Notes under the pieces: model-generated
Told to the model about the DNA's origin: nothing
What the model saw: the letters and a program-made list of their open reading frames with translations, nothing else
Database searches by the model: none
Shown here: positions 33,303 through 41,686 of the stretch, piece by piece
Position numbering within the stretch: position 1 is the stretch's first letter
How the letters are laid out: every line of letters begins with the position of its first letter
Position numbers and translations under genes: made by a program
Assembly (NCBI GenBank): GCA_037445145.1
Contig: JBBILB010000004.1
Span: 15,555 to 79,554 of the forward strand
From: Candidatus Woesearchaeota archaeon
Lineage (GTDB): Archaea > Nanobdellota > Nanobdellia > Woesearchaeales > ARS49
Reading direction: 5' to 3'
Length of the DNA: 64,000 nt

Positions 33303-34193
33303 ATGGAAATAACAATACTTGGCACTGCAGGAAGCATGCCGACAAAGGAGAGAAATGTTTTATCAGTGTTCCTGAAATACAAGGCAGAAGGGCTGCTGTT
33401 TGACTGTGGCGAAGGAACGCAAAGGCAGATGAAAACCGCAGGAATTCCATTGTCAAAAGTCACGCGCATATTCATAACCCACTGGCACGGAGACCACGTA
33501 ATCGGGCTTGCGGGCCTGCTGCAAAGCAAGGGGCTTTCTGACAATCCGGGAAGCATTGAGATTTACGGTCCTGCAGGCACAAAAGAAAGGCTTGGCCACA
33601 TGTTCAACGCATTTGAGTTTGCCCGCAATGTTGATATCAGGGTGCACGAGGCAAAGTCAGGAGTCATCCTCAAGACAGATGACTTCATTGTAGAATGCGC
33701 GCCATTGAAGCACAGCGTTCCAACAATAGGGTACGCGTTTGTTGAGAATGACAAGCGCAAAATGGACGTAAAGCTCCTCAAAAAGCACGGAGTGCCTATC
33801 GGACCGCTTGTTGGCAAGCTTCAGGAAGGAAATGTCGTGACAGTAAACGGCAAAAAAATAACCCCTGACATGGTAAGTGAGGTTATTCCCGGCAAGAAAG
33901 TAGCTTACATAACAGACAGCGTTGTGTGCTCTGGGGCGCAAAAGCTCGCAGAGAATGCAGACCTGGTAATCTGCGAGGCAACATACACAAGCGAGCGCAC
34001 AGAAGAAGCACACAAGTATGCGCACATGACAGCAAAAGAAGCAGCACAGCTTGCATCACAAGCAAACGCGGAAAAACTGGTTTTGATACACTTTTCTGCA
34101 AGGTACAAGAATGTTTCAGAGCTTGAGGAAGACGCAAGAAACATCTTTTACAACACACAAGCAGCAAGGGACTTGATGAGGATAAAGCTGTGA
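33303..34193 (+). CDS. rnz: Ribonuclease Z (tRNA 3' endonuclease, metallo-beta-lactamase)
   Basis: MEITILGTAGSMPTKERN, LFDCGEGTQRQ, ITHWHGDHVIGLAGLL, KHSVPTIGY, HFSARY. Confidence 0.92.
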   Translation: MEITILGTAGSMPTKERNVLSVFLKYKAEGLLFDCGEGTQRQMKTAGIPLSKVTRIFITHWHGDHVIGLAGLLQSKGLSDNPGSIEIYGPAGTKERLGHMFNAFEFARNVDIRVHEAKSGVILKTDDFIVECAPLKHSVPTIGYAFVENDKRKMDVKLLKKHGVPIGPLVGKLQEGNVVTVNGKKITPDMVSEVIPGKKVAYITDSVVCSGAQKLAENADLVICEATYTSERTEEAHKYAHMTAKEAAQLASQANAEKLVLIHFSARYKNVSELEEDARNIFYNTQAARDLMRIKL

Positions 34194-34342
34194 AACCGAA
34201 AAGCATAAGAAGAACATGCTATTTCTTGAAGGATATGAGCTGCGTCCAATAGTCTCATTGGCTCTTTTGGCTAGTTTTCTTTTTGTCTTTTCCTCCCAGT
34301 TAATACTGCTGGGAGTGGCAAAAAAACAAGAGGCAAGACGCA

Positions 34343-35320
34343 ATGAACAACATAATCCACGTAAAAGACCTGAAAAAGCAGTTCAAGACAATCAAGCGGG
34401 GCCACGGCTTCATAGCTGCATTCAAGAGCTTCCTCAAGCCAGAAGTAGAGTACAAGCAGGCACTGAAGGGGATAAGCTTTGACATAAAGGAAGGGGAAAT
34501 AGTCGGGATCATAGGACCAAACGGAGCCGGCAAGAGCACTGCGCTCAAGGTGCTCTGCGGCTTGCTGTGGCCTGACAGCGGCGAGGCAGTGGTAATGGGA
34601 ATGGTGCCGTGGAAAAACAGGGTAAAATATGTGAAGAACATCGGCGCAGTATTCGGGCAGAAAACAGGCCTGTACTGGGACTTGCCGCCTGTTGACACAT
34701 TTTATTTGCACCGCGACCTGTACGAAATCCCCCAAAAAGAGTTTGAGGCAAGAATGAACCGCCTCATCAGGCTCCTTGATGCAGAACAAATAGCCAGGAC
34801 GCCCGTAAGGGACCTGAGCCTTGGAGAAAGAATGAGATGCGAAGTAATACAGGCACTGCTCCACAACCCACGCCTTGTGTTCCTTGACGAACCATCAATC
34901 GGGCTTGACATCATTGCAAAGGAAAAGCTCAGGGACTTCATAATAGACCTGAACAGGAAAAACAAGACCACATTCATAGTCACAACCCATGACATGCAGG
35001 ACATAGAAAGGCTCTGCGACAGGGTCATAATAATCAACTATGGAAAAATCATTTATGACGGACCGCTCGAGGAAATCAGGAAGAAATACATCACTGACAA
35101 GCACGTGGAGGTAAAGCTTGCAGAGAAGGCAAAACCATTTGTGTTCAAGGGCTGTAAGGTAATTGCCAAGCGTGATTACGAGCTTGAGCTTGAGCTTGAC
35201 ATGCGCAAGGCCAAGATACAAGACCTTATCAATTATTTGCTGAAGAATTTTGACGTTGCAGACATAGTTGTGGCAGACCCGCCAATCGAGGAAATCATAA
35301 CCAAGATTTACCAGGCATGA
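34343..35320 (+). CDS. ABC transporter ATP-binding protein (COG4586-like)
   Basis: GPNGAGKST (Walker A), LSLGERMRCE (signature-like), LVFLDEPSIGLD (Walker B), TTHDM (H-loop). Confidence 0.9.
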   Translation: MNNIIHVKDLKKQFKTIKRGHGFIAAFKSFLKPEVEYKQALKGISFDIKEGEIVGIIGPNGAGKSTALKVLCGLLWPDSGEAVVMGMVPWKNRVKYVKNIGAVFGQKTGLYWDLPPVDTFYLHRDLYEIPQKEFEARMNRLIRLLDAEQIARTPVRDLSLGERMRCEVIQALLHNPRLVFLDEPSIGLDIIAKEKLRDFIIDLNRKNKTTFIVTTHDMQDIERLCDRVIIINYGKIIYDGPLEEIRKKYITDKHVEVKLAEKAKPFVFKGCKVIAKRDYELELELDMRKAKIQDLINYLLKNFDVADIVVADPPIEEIITKIYQA

Positions 35321-36108
35321 ACATAAACCACCATATCGGACTGGCGAATATCGGCATCAAGATAGCAACAAAATACAGGTGGGAAGCTGTTGCAAGCGTG
35401 CTGACAACACCCATAACCCTTGTCATTTATTATTTCCTCTGGAAGTCTGTGTTCGCATACACCGGCGCCCCTTTGATTCGCGGATTTACTTTCCCAGAGA
35501 TGGTAAACTATTACGTTATTTCAATGATAGTCGGGTTTTTCACTTGGTCAAAGGTTGACAAGTGGATTGAGAACGACCTCATTCAAGGCTGGATGGTCAG
35601 GGGAATGCTCCTACCCATCGGAATCATTCCCTGGTATCTGAGCTTTGAAATTGGCATAAATGTTTACAACATCATAAGCAAGATGATTCCTGTCTTTTTG
35701 ATAGGCATCATCTTCTTCGGTCTGCCGCTCGCGCCAATTATCAGCCTGGCAGGTTTTGCAGTGTCGCTTTTGCTCGCCTTCCTGATCTACTTCGGCTTGT
35801 CATACCTGCTTGGGCTTGGCGCATTCTGGATGAGGCGCATCACAGGGCTGAGGCGCGTCAGGAGGACCCTTGTTGCCTTCCTCGGCGGGAGCTTTATCCC
35901 GCTCGCATTCTTCCCAGCATGGATACAGTCAGCATCACATTTCCTGCCTTTCGAATACGCAAGGTCAGTGCCAATCCTGATATACTTGCAAAAAGCGCCC
36001 GTTCTGGAATCATTGCTTGCACAGCTTGCATGGGTTGCTGTGCTTTACACAATAATTCACTTTGTTGCCAAGCGCGCAGTAAGGCGCTTTGTGAGCGTGG
36101 GACTATGA
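35317..36108 (+). CDS. ABC-2-type permease subunit (COG4587-like)
   Basis: ATGA overlap with the ATPase gene. Six hydrophobic helices; 263 aa. Confidence 0.75.
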   Translation: MNINHHIGLANIGIKIATKYRWEAVASVLTTPITLVIYYFLWKSVFAYTGAPLIRGFTFPEMVNYYVISMIVGFFTWSKVDKWIENDLIQGWMVRGMLLPIGIIPWYLSFEIGINVYNIISKMIPVFLIGIIFFGLPLAPIISLAGFAVSLLLAFLIYFGLSYLLGLGAFWMRRITGLRRVRRTLVAFLGGSFIPLAFFPAWIQSASHFLPFEYARSVPILIYLQKAPVLESLLAQLAWVAVLYTIIHFVAKRAVRRFVSVGL

Positions 36109-36890
36109 AATACATCACGCTTGCTGCAAAAACAGCGCGGATATACCTTAACAAGGAGCTCGCTTACAAGGCAAACCTCATCATTGCAATGCTTGCAATG
36201 GTGCTGGGCGACCTTGTCGGACCAATGCTCGCCCTCATCATTTACAACACAACAGTCGGCATTCCGGGCTGGACATTCCACCAGTTCCTGCTCTTCCAGG
36301 GAACACTAATCACAGTTTACGGAATTGGAAGGGCTCTAACAGGCGAATTCTTCTGGAAGGTGTTTGAAGCAGTCCAACGTGGAGAATTTGACAAGTATTT
36401 GCTAAAGCCATACAACTCCTGGCTCTACCTGATGTCAACAAGCATTGACTGGAACGGCATTTTTGAAACAGTCCTTGGGATAATTATAGTCACTTACACC
36501 ATTACAAAACTGCAAATAAGCTTTCTGAGCCAGGGATTTGCCATGTACTTACTGCTTGTTTGCGCAGGAATACTCTTCCAGTTCGCAGTAATAACACTGA
36601 TTACAGCAGGAAGCTTCATAGCAGTAAAGAACGAGGCGCTTGTATTGCTCTATATGAAGCTCGCTGACTTTGCGCGCTATCCGCTGACTGTTTACGGCGC
36701 GGGGCTACAGTTTTTCCTCACCTTCTTGTTCCCAGTGGCAGTAAGCTCATTCTATCCAGTAGAAGCGCTATTGCGCGGAATGACCTTGTCTGGCATGACA
36801 ATTATTGTAATGCCTGTTTTTGCGTTCTTTGTTTTGGCACTCTGGGCATGGCACAGCACAATAAAGAAATACACAAGCGCAGGCGGATAA
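36105..36890 (+). CDS. ABC-2-type permease subunit (COG3694-like)
   Basis: ORF 35919..36890 trimmed to ATG 36105 (ATGA overlap with the upstream stop). MKYITLAAKTARIYLNKELAYKANLIIAML; multi-TM. Confidence 0.75.
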   Translation: MKYITLAAKTARIYLNKELAYKANLIIAMLAMVLGDLVGPMLALIIYNTTVGIPGWTFHQFLLFQGTLITVYGIGRALTGEFFWKVFEAVQRGEFDKYLLKPYNSWLYLMSTSIDWNGIFETVLGIIIVTYTITKLQISFLSQGFAMYLLLVCAGILFQFAVITLITAGSFIAVKNEALVLLYMKLADFARYPLTVYGAGLQFFLTFLFPVAVSSFYPVEALLRGMTLSGMTIIVMPVFAFFVLALWAWHSTIKKYTSAGG

Positions 36891-37034
36891 TTGCAACTTA
36901 TATAAAACTTTTAAATAGCCAGAATGCCTGTATTGTCGCTGAATGCGCATCTCCCTGAGAAAGCCAAAAGAAGAACTTGGACCCCAGCCACCCCTTTCTG
37001 AAGACCATGACTTTGAGCAGGAACAGAATGTTGC

Positions 37035-37256
37035 CTAACCCGGCTTAGCCGCCAATTTCACATCAGATGCCTTTACTGTCTTTCTTCCTGCGTGCATTGC
37101 GAGCTTGACAGCGCTCTGGGCAATTTTCTCAGCATATTCTTCCAGGACTTCCTTTAATGCCGCCTTTGCCTTGTCAGAAACGCGCTCTGCGCCCGCTGTC
37201 TTGATTATTTTCTCCATTGCAGCCAGAGGAATTAGCCTTTTTGATATTTGAGCCAT
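37035..37256 (-). CDS. Archaeal histone (HMf family)
   Basis: ORF trimmed to ATG 37256, after GGGGTGAT SD. LIPLAAMEKIIKTAGAERVSDKAKAALKEVLEEYAEKIAQSAVKLAMHAGRKTVKASDVKLA closely resembles HMfB. Confidence 0.92.
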   Translation of the reverse strand: MAQISKRLIPLAAMEKIIKTAGAERVSDKAKAALKEVLEEYAEKIAQSAVKLAMHAGRKTVKASDVKLAAKPG

Positions 37257-37288
37257 AAAATCACCCCGGATTTGCAAATGAAGGGAAA

Positions 37289-37300
37289 TTATATATAAAC
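37289..37300. promoter_or_regulatory. Near-palindromic TATA element shared by the divergent histone and hjc genes
   Basis: TTATATATAAAC lies 23-34 nt upstream of hjc ATG 37323 and 33-44 nt upstream of histone ATG 37256. The intergenic region is only 66 nt. Confidence 0.45.
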
Positions 37301-37322
37301 ATTGCGCCAAACAAGAATAAAA

Positions 37323-37724
37323 ATGGGTGCAAAGACAAAAGGAACAGGCGCAGAAAGGGAATTGGTCCACTTATTCTGGGAAAAGGGCTGGGCAGCAGCA
37401 CGAGTGGCCGGCTCAGGAAGCATAAAATACCCAGTCCCGGACATTCTTGCAGGAAAAAACAAACAAGTGCTTGCTATAGAGTGCAAGACAACAAAAAACG
37501 AGTGCCAATACCTAACAAAAGAGGAAGTTGCTGATTTGAAGGAATTCGCAAAAATCACCGGCGCAGAGCCGTACATTGCAGTACGCTTTGCTAGAGAGGA
37601 ATGGGCATTCTTGCATCCCAACGAGCTTGACGTTACTGTTTCACAATTTGTGGTAAGCAAAAAACTTGCGTTGGAAATAGGAAAAAAAATTGATGAAGTA
37701 ATCAGCACAGCGAAAGGTATATAA
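37323..37724 (+). CDS. hjc: Holliday junction resolvase Hjc
   Basis: KGTGAERELVHLFWEKGWAAARVAGSG, PDILAGKNKQVLAIECKTTK (PD..ExK), EPYIAVRF. Confidence 0.9.
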   Translation: MGAKTKGTGAERELVHLFWEKGWAAARVAGSGSIKYPVPDILAGKNKQVLAIECKTTKNECQYLTKEEVADLKEFAKITGAEPYIAVRFAREEWAFLHPNELDVTVSQFVVSKKLALEIGKKIDEVISTAKGI

Positions 37725-37726
37725 AC
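37716..37726 (+). promoter_or_regulatory. TATA-box-like element for tfe (overlaps the hjc stop)
   Basis: GGTATATAAAC lies 26-36 nt upstream of ATG 37752. Confidence 0.4.
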
Positions 37727-37751
37727 AACACCAAAACGTTTTTTCTTGAAA

Positions 37752-38318
37752 ATGTTAAAAATGAATAAAAAAACGAAGCCCAAAAAACCAAAAAAAACCG
37801 CGCCAAAACCAACAGCAAAGGAAGACTTTCTTTCAGAAGTAATAAAGGAAGTTGTTGGTGAAGACGTGTTGCCATTAGTAAGGGTGTTGAAAAACAAAAA
37901 GAACTTTTCAGAATTCAAGCTCGCTGAAACAATAAAGAAGGAAATCAACATCGTAAGAAACATGCTTTACAGGCTTTACGACCACAACCTTGTCACGTTT
38001 ATGCGCAAAAAAGACAAGAAAAAAGGCTGGTACATTTATTACTGGACATTCAACCCAAAAAGGGTCAAGGAACTTGTCAGGAACCTGAAAAAAACAAAGG
38101 TTGAGAAGCTGAAGGAGCGCATTGAGCGCGAAAAATCAACAAATTTCTTCACGTGCGCAAACAAGTGCATACGCCTTGACTTTGACCAGGCAACAGAATT
38201 CGAGTACAAGTGCCCAGAATGCGGCGAAATCCTGCAACAGGAAGACAACACGAAAAGAATAGCAGAACTTGAAAAGGAGCTGCAAATGCTAGAAAAGGAG
38301 CTCAGGGCAAAGAAGTAA
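37752..38318 (+). CDS. tfe: Transcription factor E (TFE alpha, TFIIE-alpha homolog)
   Basis: Lys-rich N-terminus, a wH region (VRNMLYRLYDHNLVTFMRKKDKKKGWYIYYWTFN) and a zinc ribbon (CANKC..CPECG). The ORF opens at TTG 37746. Confidence 0.85.
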   Translation: MLKMNKKTKPKKPKKTAPKPTAKEDFLSEVIKEVVGEDVLPLVRVLKNKKNFSEFKLAETIKKEINIVRNMLYRLYDHNLVTFMRKKDKKKGWYIYYWTFNPKRVKELVRNLKKTKVEKLKERIEREKSTNFFTCANKCIRLDFDQATEFEYKCPECGEILQQEDNTKRIAELEKELQMLEKELRAKK

Positions 38319-38925
38319 TCCACGGGCAGGACTTCCTTGTATTATTCAAAAACACATTGAATGCGTGCACGCCGTGCTCTGAAACAACAGCAGAAATATT
38401 CTCAGACGGAACACACTCCACATTTCCATCCCGCTGCATTGAAGAAACAACATGCCATGATGTTGCCATTGCAAAAACAGGAATGTCGTGCGCGTTTGCG
38501 AGGCGACAAAGCATGCGCGCACCACGCCCGACAAAAACACCCCTCCTGCTTATTGCAACAGGCTCAAGGAGCACGCAGTCAGCATTTTTTATTGCTGCAC
38601 GCGCATCATTCATGCCTGCCCTGTGCACAACAACTGTCTTTTTACGAAACATCCTTGATGCAACGCCTGAAAGCTGGGTGGTGCATGAATAAAGCAGGTG
38701 CTTTGCCCTGTGAATTCTTGACAGAAGCTCCTCACCCGGATTTTTGCTGTTGACGTGCCTTGCAACATAGCGCAACGCATTCTTGCTTATCACATCAAGT
38801 TTTTTGTTTTTTATTGCTGATGAAAATTTTGCAACCGCCTTATCAGCAGGGTATTTGCGCAATAACTCTGCAAAGTCGTTCAGACAGGAGTGTGCAATGC
38901 CCGAAACAGGGTGACGGGCGGACAT
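38302..38925 (-). CDS. eIF-2B alpha/beta/delta-like protein, apparently truncated (207 aa)
   Basis: IKNADCVLLEPVAISRRGVFVGRGARMLCRLANAHDIPVFAMATSWHV resembles the C-terminal GAD..NG.V.NK.GT..A..A....VP.YV segment of the IF-2B family. The central Rossmann part was not recognised. Confidence 0.45.
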   Translation of the reverse strand: MSARHPVSGIAHSCLNDFAELLRKYPADKAVAKFSSAIKNKKLDVISKNALRYVARHVNSKNPGEELLSRIHRAKHLLYSCTTQLSGVASRMFRKKTVVVHRAGMNDARAAIKNADCVLLEPVAISRRGVFVGRGARMLCRLANAHDIPVFAMATSWHVVSSMQRDGNVECVPSENISAVVSEHGVHAFNVFLNNTRKSCPWITSLP

Positions 38926-38930
38926 GACAA

Positions 38931-39128
38931 TCAGCGCTTTTTGCGCATGACCCTTTCAATCAACTGCTCTTCAGCAAGGATCTTGTGGGCGATGCTGTCA
39001 ATGTGCTCCTCAATCCGTGCAACGCGGCGCTCCATCAGGATAAGCACACGTATACAATACACTATTGCCGCGAGCGTTCCGACAATAACAGCAAGCGTAA
39101 TCCTCAAGACCATATCATCAACAGCCAT
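38931..39128 (-). CDS. Small single-TM protein with C-terminal amphipathic/coiled helix (65 aa)
   Basis: ATG 39128 follows AGGTGGAGGA SD. MAVDDMVLRITLAVIVGTLAAIVYCIRVLILMERRVARIEEHIDSIAHKILAEEQLIERV. It ends 5 nt before the next gene. Confidence 0.5.
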   Translation of the reverse strand: MAVDDMVLRITLAVIVGTLAAIVYCIRVLILMERRVARIEEHIDSIAHKILAEEQLIERVMRKKR

Positions 39129-39194
39129 AATCCTCCACCTCATTTAACTTCTTAATAGATAAAATTGATTTAAAAGAGTATAAAAAGGTTTGGG

Positions 39195-39998
39195 TTACTT
39201 GACTGCCTTGCCAGAATCCCAGATTGTATTAAAGATATTTTCAAAGGATTTTGCGAATGATTCTGTGCTGACCCAGACGCCAAAGTCATAATTCGGGTGG
39301 GCGTTTGCATCATCCAAAACCATAAATGTGACGTTCTTGCCATCAACAACAACAAACCGGGCCTTTGCGTCATCAACATGCCTGACCTGTGCGTGCGCTG
39401 ATAACGCCTTTGCTGCAGCACGGGATTCCTTTGTTATCGGGGCTGCTATCCTAATCCTTACGCCTCGCTCCTTTGCCTTAGAAATCACACCACCCAAAGC
39501 ATCAAGCTTCCTCACCAATCCTTGATCTGTTGTCAGAATTGACACGCTTTTTTGAGCACCCTTAATAATCGAAGCAAGGTGGTTGTGAAGGTTTGTGCGA
39601 CCCTTTACGGCGCCGGTAAGGTCTGCGGGCTCAACAAGGTCAACACCCTGCTTGTGAAGCATGTTAAGGTCTGCGAGGACATCACTTCCCTTAAGGCTTT
39701 CAAGAAGCTGCACCCGCTTTCCTGCATCCTCTGAAATATTTTTCTTGACCCTCTCAAGCACTTCTGCAGGAGGTATTGCGATGTACTTTATGGGCTTGCC
39801 AAGCTTCATTACAACAAAACCTTTTCTTTCAAGACTTTCAAGAACATCATAAGAACGTGATCTTGGAACGTTTGCAATGTCAGAAAGCTCTCCCGCAGTT
39901 GCAACACCACGTGAGAGTAATGCTGTCCACAATTTTGCTTCATAACTGTTGAGGCCGAAATCCTTAAGTTTGTTCAAAAAATCCTTTTGCACAATCAT
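39195..39998 (-). CDS. TrmB-family transcriptional regulator (paralog 2), adjacent to the putative origin
   Basis: ORF trimmed to ATG 39998 (MIVQKDFLNKLKDF.., parallel to MIVKEEFLSKLRRYF.. of paralog 1). Same 54-aa wHTH; divergent C-terminal domain. Confidence 0.85.
   Translation of the reverse strand: MIVQKDFLNKLKDFGLNSYEAKLWTALLSRGVATAGELSDIANVPRSRSYDVLESLERKGFVVMKLGKPIKYIAIPPAEVLERVKKNISEDAGKRVQLLESLKGSDVLADLNMLHKQGVDLVEPADLTGAVKGRTNLHNHLASIIKGAQKSVSILTTDQGLVRKLDALGGVISKAKERGVRIRIAAPITKESRAAAKALSAHAQVRHVDDAKARFVVVDGKNVTFMVLDDANAHPNYDFGVWVSTESFAKSFENIFNTIWDSGKAVK
39768..39929 (-). repeat. Second copy of the 54-codon TrmB wHTH coding repeat (see 17708-17869)
   Basis: Encodes WTALLSRGVATAGELSDIANVPRSRSYDVLESLERKGFVVMKLGKPIKYIAIPP, identical to paralog 1. 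Confidence 0.85.
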
Positions 39999-40127
39999 TT
40001 TTACAAAGCCCCCTTCATTATTTAGCAATCTTGATATTCATTCAAATAATATCCTTGTAGAGGTACACTATATTTAAAGCTTTTGACTTTTTAGTATTGA
40101 GGAGTAGCAACATTTTTTGTTTTTATT

Positions 40128-40153
40128 CCTACCCCTCTATTTCTTCTGGAAAA
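40128..40153 (-). promoter_or_regulatory. ORB-like origin recognition box (left, inverted)
   Basis: The reverse complement reads TTTTCCAGAAGAAATAGAGGGGTAGG, i.e. TCCAGAAGAAA plus a G-string, matching the right-hand box at 16 of 19 core positions. Confidence 0.6.
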
Positions 40154-40376
40154 TGAGTTTTATATAATTAAATTGGTTTTTGTGTTATCTATATCATATA
40201 TATTTTTAAATAAAGATATTCACATATATATTTTTAAATTAATTTTCATTTTTATTTATTTTCTATATATAAATAAATTAATAAGTATATAAAACTTCAC
40301 TTTTTTATTCTCTATAATTAAATATATATTATTAAATACACAAAACACACTAATACAACATTTCTTTAATTCCATT
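40154..40376. other. AT-rich duplex-unwinding-element candidate of oriC
   Basis: About 220 nt of almost pure A/T (ATATAT runs, TTTTTAAAT) flanked by inverted ORB-like boxes. The only long non-coding, strongly AT-rich tract in the window, directly upstream of cdc6. Confidence 0.6.
40195..40239 (+). repeat. Perfect 17-nt direct repeat inside the AT-rich tract
   Basis: CATATATATTTTTAAAT occurs at 40195-40211 and 40223-40239 (28-nt period). Confidence 0.85.
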
Positions 40377-40400
40377 CCTCCAAAAGAAACAAAGGGGAGG
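40377..40400 (+). promoter_or_regulatory. ORB-like origin recognition box (right)
   Basis: CCTCCAAAAGAAACAAAGGGGAGG, i.e. TCCAAAAGAAAC plus a G-string, in opposite orientation to the box at 40128-40153. Confidence 0.6.
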
Positions 40401-40424
40401 CGCACAACCTCAAATAAAGAAAAG

Positions 40425-40433
40425 CATAAATAC
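40425..40433 (+). promoter_or_regulatory. TATA-box-like element for cdc6
   Basis: CATAAATAC lies 24-32 nt upstream of ATG 40457. Confidence 0.4.
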
Positions 40434-40456
40434 CAGTGTTTCAACTGGAAAGAAAA

Positions 40457-41686
40457 ATGCAGGAAAAGGGGTTGGTAAGACTTTTTGAAAAATACTTAGA
40501 CCGTAAATCAATTTTCAAAAACAAATCAGTACTTCAAGCAAACTTCAATCCATCAAACATTCCACACAGAGATGAGCAAATAAACAACATTGCCAAAATT
40601 CTGGCACCGTGCCTGCGAGCAGAAAAGCCATCAAACATTTTCATTTACGGAAAAACAGGCACTGGAAAGACGTTGGTTGTACAATACACACTAAATCAAC
40701 TTTCTTTAGTTGCAACAGGTCGCGCAGTGCCAATCATACCTGTTTACCTTAACTGCAAGATGAAAAAAGTTGCGGACACGCAATACAGGCTCATTGCCCA
40801 CATAGTACGAGAAAAATTCAATGAAAACCTTCCAGTAACAGGCCTGCCGACAGAGGAAATTTATGCAGCATTCCTCAGAGCAGTTGACACCAAGAAGCAA
40901 TTAATCATACTTGTACTTGACGAAATAGATCATTTAATGGACAGGGAAGGCGACGAGCTCCTCTACAACCTCACAAGGATAAACACAGAACTGAAAAACG
41001 CTCAAATTTCCATCATCGGAATTTCAAACAACGCAAACTTCATCAACAGGCTTGATCCGAGAGTAAAGAGCTCATTATCCCAGGAAGAATTATTCTTCCC
41101 ACCATATAATGCGCTGCAACTGCAGGACATACTAAAACAACGCGCTAATGAAGCGCTTGTAAATGGTGCAATACTCCCCGGCGTTATTGAAAAATGCGCG
41201 GCGTATGCTGCAAGAGACCACGGCGACGCGAGGAGGGCAATAGAGTTGCTGCGGGTGGCTGCAGAGCTTGCAGAACGCTCGGGCGCTGAAAAAATCACCA
41301 CAGACCACATTGATCAGGCAGAGCAAAAGATAGAGACAGACAGGATTTTTGAGATAATAAGGACGCAGCCCACACAATATCAGGCCACACTTTTTGCCAT
41401 TTACACAATCTGCTCAAAAAAGAAAGAGCAGGTATTCACAGGAGAGGTGTACGACCTATACCAGTCAATCTGCAACAGGGTTGGCCTAAGGCCACTTACC
41501 CAACGCAGAATATCAGACATAGTAGGCGAACTTGACATGCTGGGAATCATCAACGCAAAGGTGATTTCAAAAGGGCGCTACGGCAGGACAAGGGAAATTT
41601 CAATATCAACAACCAAAGAAACGACGCCACGCATCCTGCAGACCCTTGCAAAAGAGTTTGCCCTTACACCTCCCAATGAATCCTGA
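40457..41686 (+). CDS. cdc6: Orc1/Cdc6 replication initiator
   Basis: IPHRDEQINNIAKILAP, IYGKTGTGKT (Walker A), LVLDEIDHL (Walker B), GDARRAIELLRVA (sensor 2), C-terminal wH (GRYGRTREISI). The ORF opens at GTG 40436; ATG 40457 is preferred. Confidence 0.93.
   Translation: MQEKGLVRLFEKYLDRKSIFKNKSVLQANFNPSNIPHRDEQINNIAKILAPCLRAEKPSNIFIYGKTGTGKTLVVQYTLNQLSLVATGRAVPIIPVYLNCKMKKVADTQYRLIAHIVREKFNENLPVTGLPTEEIYAAFLRAVDTKKQLIILVLDEIDHLMDREGDELLYNLTRINTELKNAQISIIGISNNANFINRLDPRVKSSLSQEELFFPPYNALQLQDILKQRANEALVNGAILPGVIEKCAAYAARDHGDARRAIELLRVAAELAERSGAEKITTDHIDQAEQKIETDRIFEIIRTQPTQYQATLFAIYTICSKKKEQVFTGEVYDLYQSICNRVGLRPLTQRRISDIVGELDMLGIINAKVISKGRYGRTREISISTTKETTPRILQTLAKEFALTPPNES

Noticed and set aside
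34270-34330. T-rich tract (GTTTTCTTTTTGTCTTTTCC) and 7-bp hairpin (CTCCCAG..CTGGGAG) after rnz as a terminator.
   Set aside because: It is plausible, but it starts about 80 nt after the stop and also overlaps the likely promoter region of the ABC operon. That is too ambiguous to list as a feature.
36943-37038. Possible 31-aa ORF (MRISLRKPKEELGPQPPLSEDHDFEQEQNVA) in the ABC-to-histone spacer, downstream of TATA-like TTATATAAAACTTTTAAATA. An alternative 25-aa ORF starts at 36924.
   Set aside because: No SD, no recognisable family, and two competing frames. It overlaps the histone 3' end. It cannot be supported without conservation or expression data.
37289-37963. 224-aa minus-strand ORF.
   Set aside because: It is antisense to hjc and tfe, both of which have strong family signatures.
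38302-38925. Considered annotating this as ribose-1,5-bisphosphate isomerase or MTR-1-P isomerase.
   Set aside because: Only the C-terminal third resembles the IF-2B family, and the protein is about 100-150 aa too short. A specific enzymatic call is not justified.
40433-40470. Third ORB-like element (TTCAACTGGAAAGAAAAATGCAGGAAAAGGGG) overlapping the cdc6 start.
   Set aside because: The core and G-string spacing differ from the two good boxes, and most of the element is coding sequence. It is probably coincidental.
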